Shown: piece after piece, positions 35,637 through 36,150 of the stretch | Position numbering within the stretch: position 1 is the stretch's first letter | Layout of the letters: every line of letters begins with the position of its first letter | Origin: Octopus bimaculoides | Lineage: Eukaryota | DNA: 36,150 bases | Direction of reading: 5' to 3' | Assembly (NCBI RefSeq): GCF_001194135.2 | Contig: NC_069003.1 | Span: 24,363,526-24,399,675, forward strand | The notes under the pieces: model-generated | Told to the model about the DNA's origin: nothing | Database searches by the model: none | What the model saw: only the letters and a program-made list of their open reading frames with translations | Position numbers and translations under genes: made by a program

Positions 35637-35850
35637 CTGAAAAGAGTTACAGGTTACATATTTTCTCCCGTAAAAGGCTTTTTGTCGACTAAGGTTAAAT
35701 ACGGACTTGCATCTGGAATTTACTCTAGAGCGTGAGCCTGGACAAGATTATATATTATTTTATAGAAGGCCAGCAGCTCTCAATGCAACAAGAACCCCTT
35801 CATGCTACCATTTTTGTCCAATGGAAAGGCCGATACAAGTTGGCACAATA

Positions 35851-36060
35851 TCCTTTTCTACTCTAGACGCAAAGCTTGAAATTTAGCGGGAAGGGGCCAG
35901 TCGATTAGATCGACCTCAGTACGTAGCTGGTACTTAATTTATCGACCCGAAAGGATGAAAGACAAAGTCGACCTCGGCGGAATTTGAACTCATAACGTAA
36001 AGACAGACGTAAAGACAGACGAAATGCCGCTAAGCATTTCGCCCGGTGTGCTAACATTTC
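35851..36060 (-). mobile_element. tRNA-derived SINE family A, near full-length; other copies ~1000-1230, 4281-4430, 4440-4670, 9590-9792, 23042-23257, partials 19960-20190, 24140-24212, 32445-32545
   Basis: Shared gaaaggatgaaaggcaaagtcgacctcggcggaatttgaactc (B-box GAGTTCAAATTCC on minus strand) and ctggtacttaatttatcgaccc core. Confidence 0.85.
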
Positions 36061-36150
36061 TTATTTCTTTATTGCCCACAAGGGGCTAAACATAGAGGGG
36101 ACAAACAAGGACAGACAAAGGGATTAAGTCGGTCACATCGACCCCAGTGC

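Noticed and set aside
35538-35735. Plus-strand 65-aa ORF
   Set aside because: Antisense shadow of exon 1; no recognisable motif.
1-36150. CRISPR arrays, rRNA, intact tRNA, intact transposase/RT, prokaryotic systems
   Set aside because: None seen; the repeats are eukaryotic SINEs and microsatellites.

Overview
Eukaryotic, AT-rich, microsatellite-saturated scaffold with many N gaps. The SINE families and (TA)n-flanked gaps look like Octopus (inference, no database check). The whole window lies inside one large minus-strand multi-exon gene with neither start nor stop in view. I reconstructed 25 exons by hand from GT/AG sites and phases. In transcript order they encode IgGFc-binding-like (tentative), CUB, CUB, 4x sushi/CCP, 2x Ca-EGF, 3x CCP, 2x HYR, CCP, a linker, [probable missing exons in a gap], EGF, PAN/apple and further EGFs. 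This is an uninflatable/SVEP1-like extracellular mosaic protein. All exon junctions are in frame except 7135->6744, which gives TGA across a 100-N gap. Introns hold tRNA-derived SINEs, mariner/Tc1 and hAT MITEs, RTE and R4/Dong LINE relics, Penelope-type hammerhead-ribozyme relics, a tRNA-Ser fragment and about nine fold-back hairpins. The most notable signal is a phase-symmetric PAN exon sitting between Cys5 and Cys6 of an EGF module. Most ORF-track entries are microsatellite or gap artefacts.
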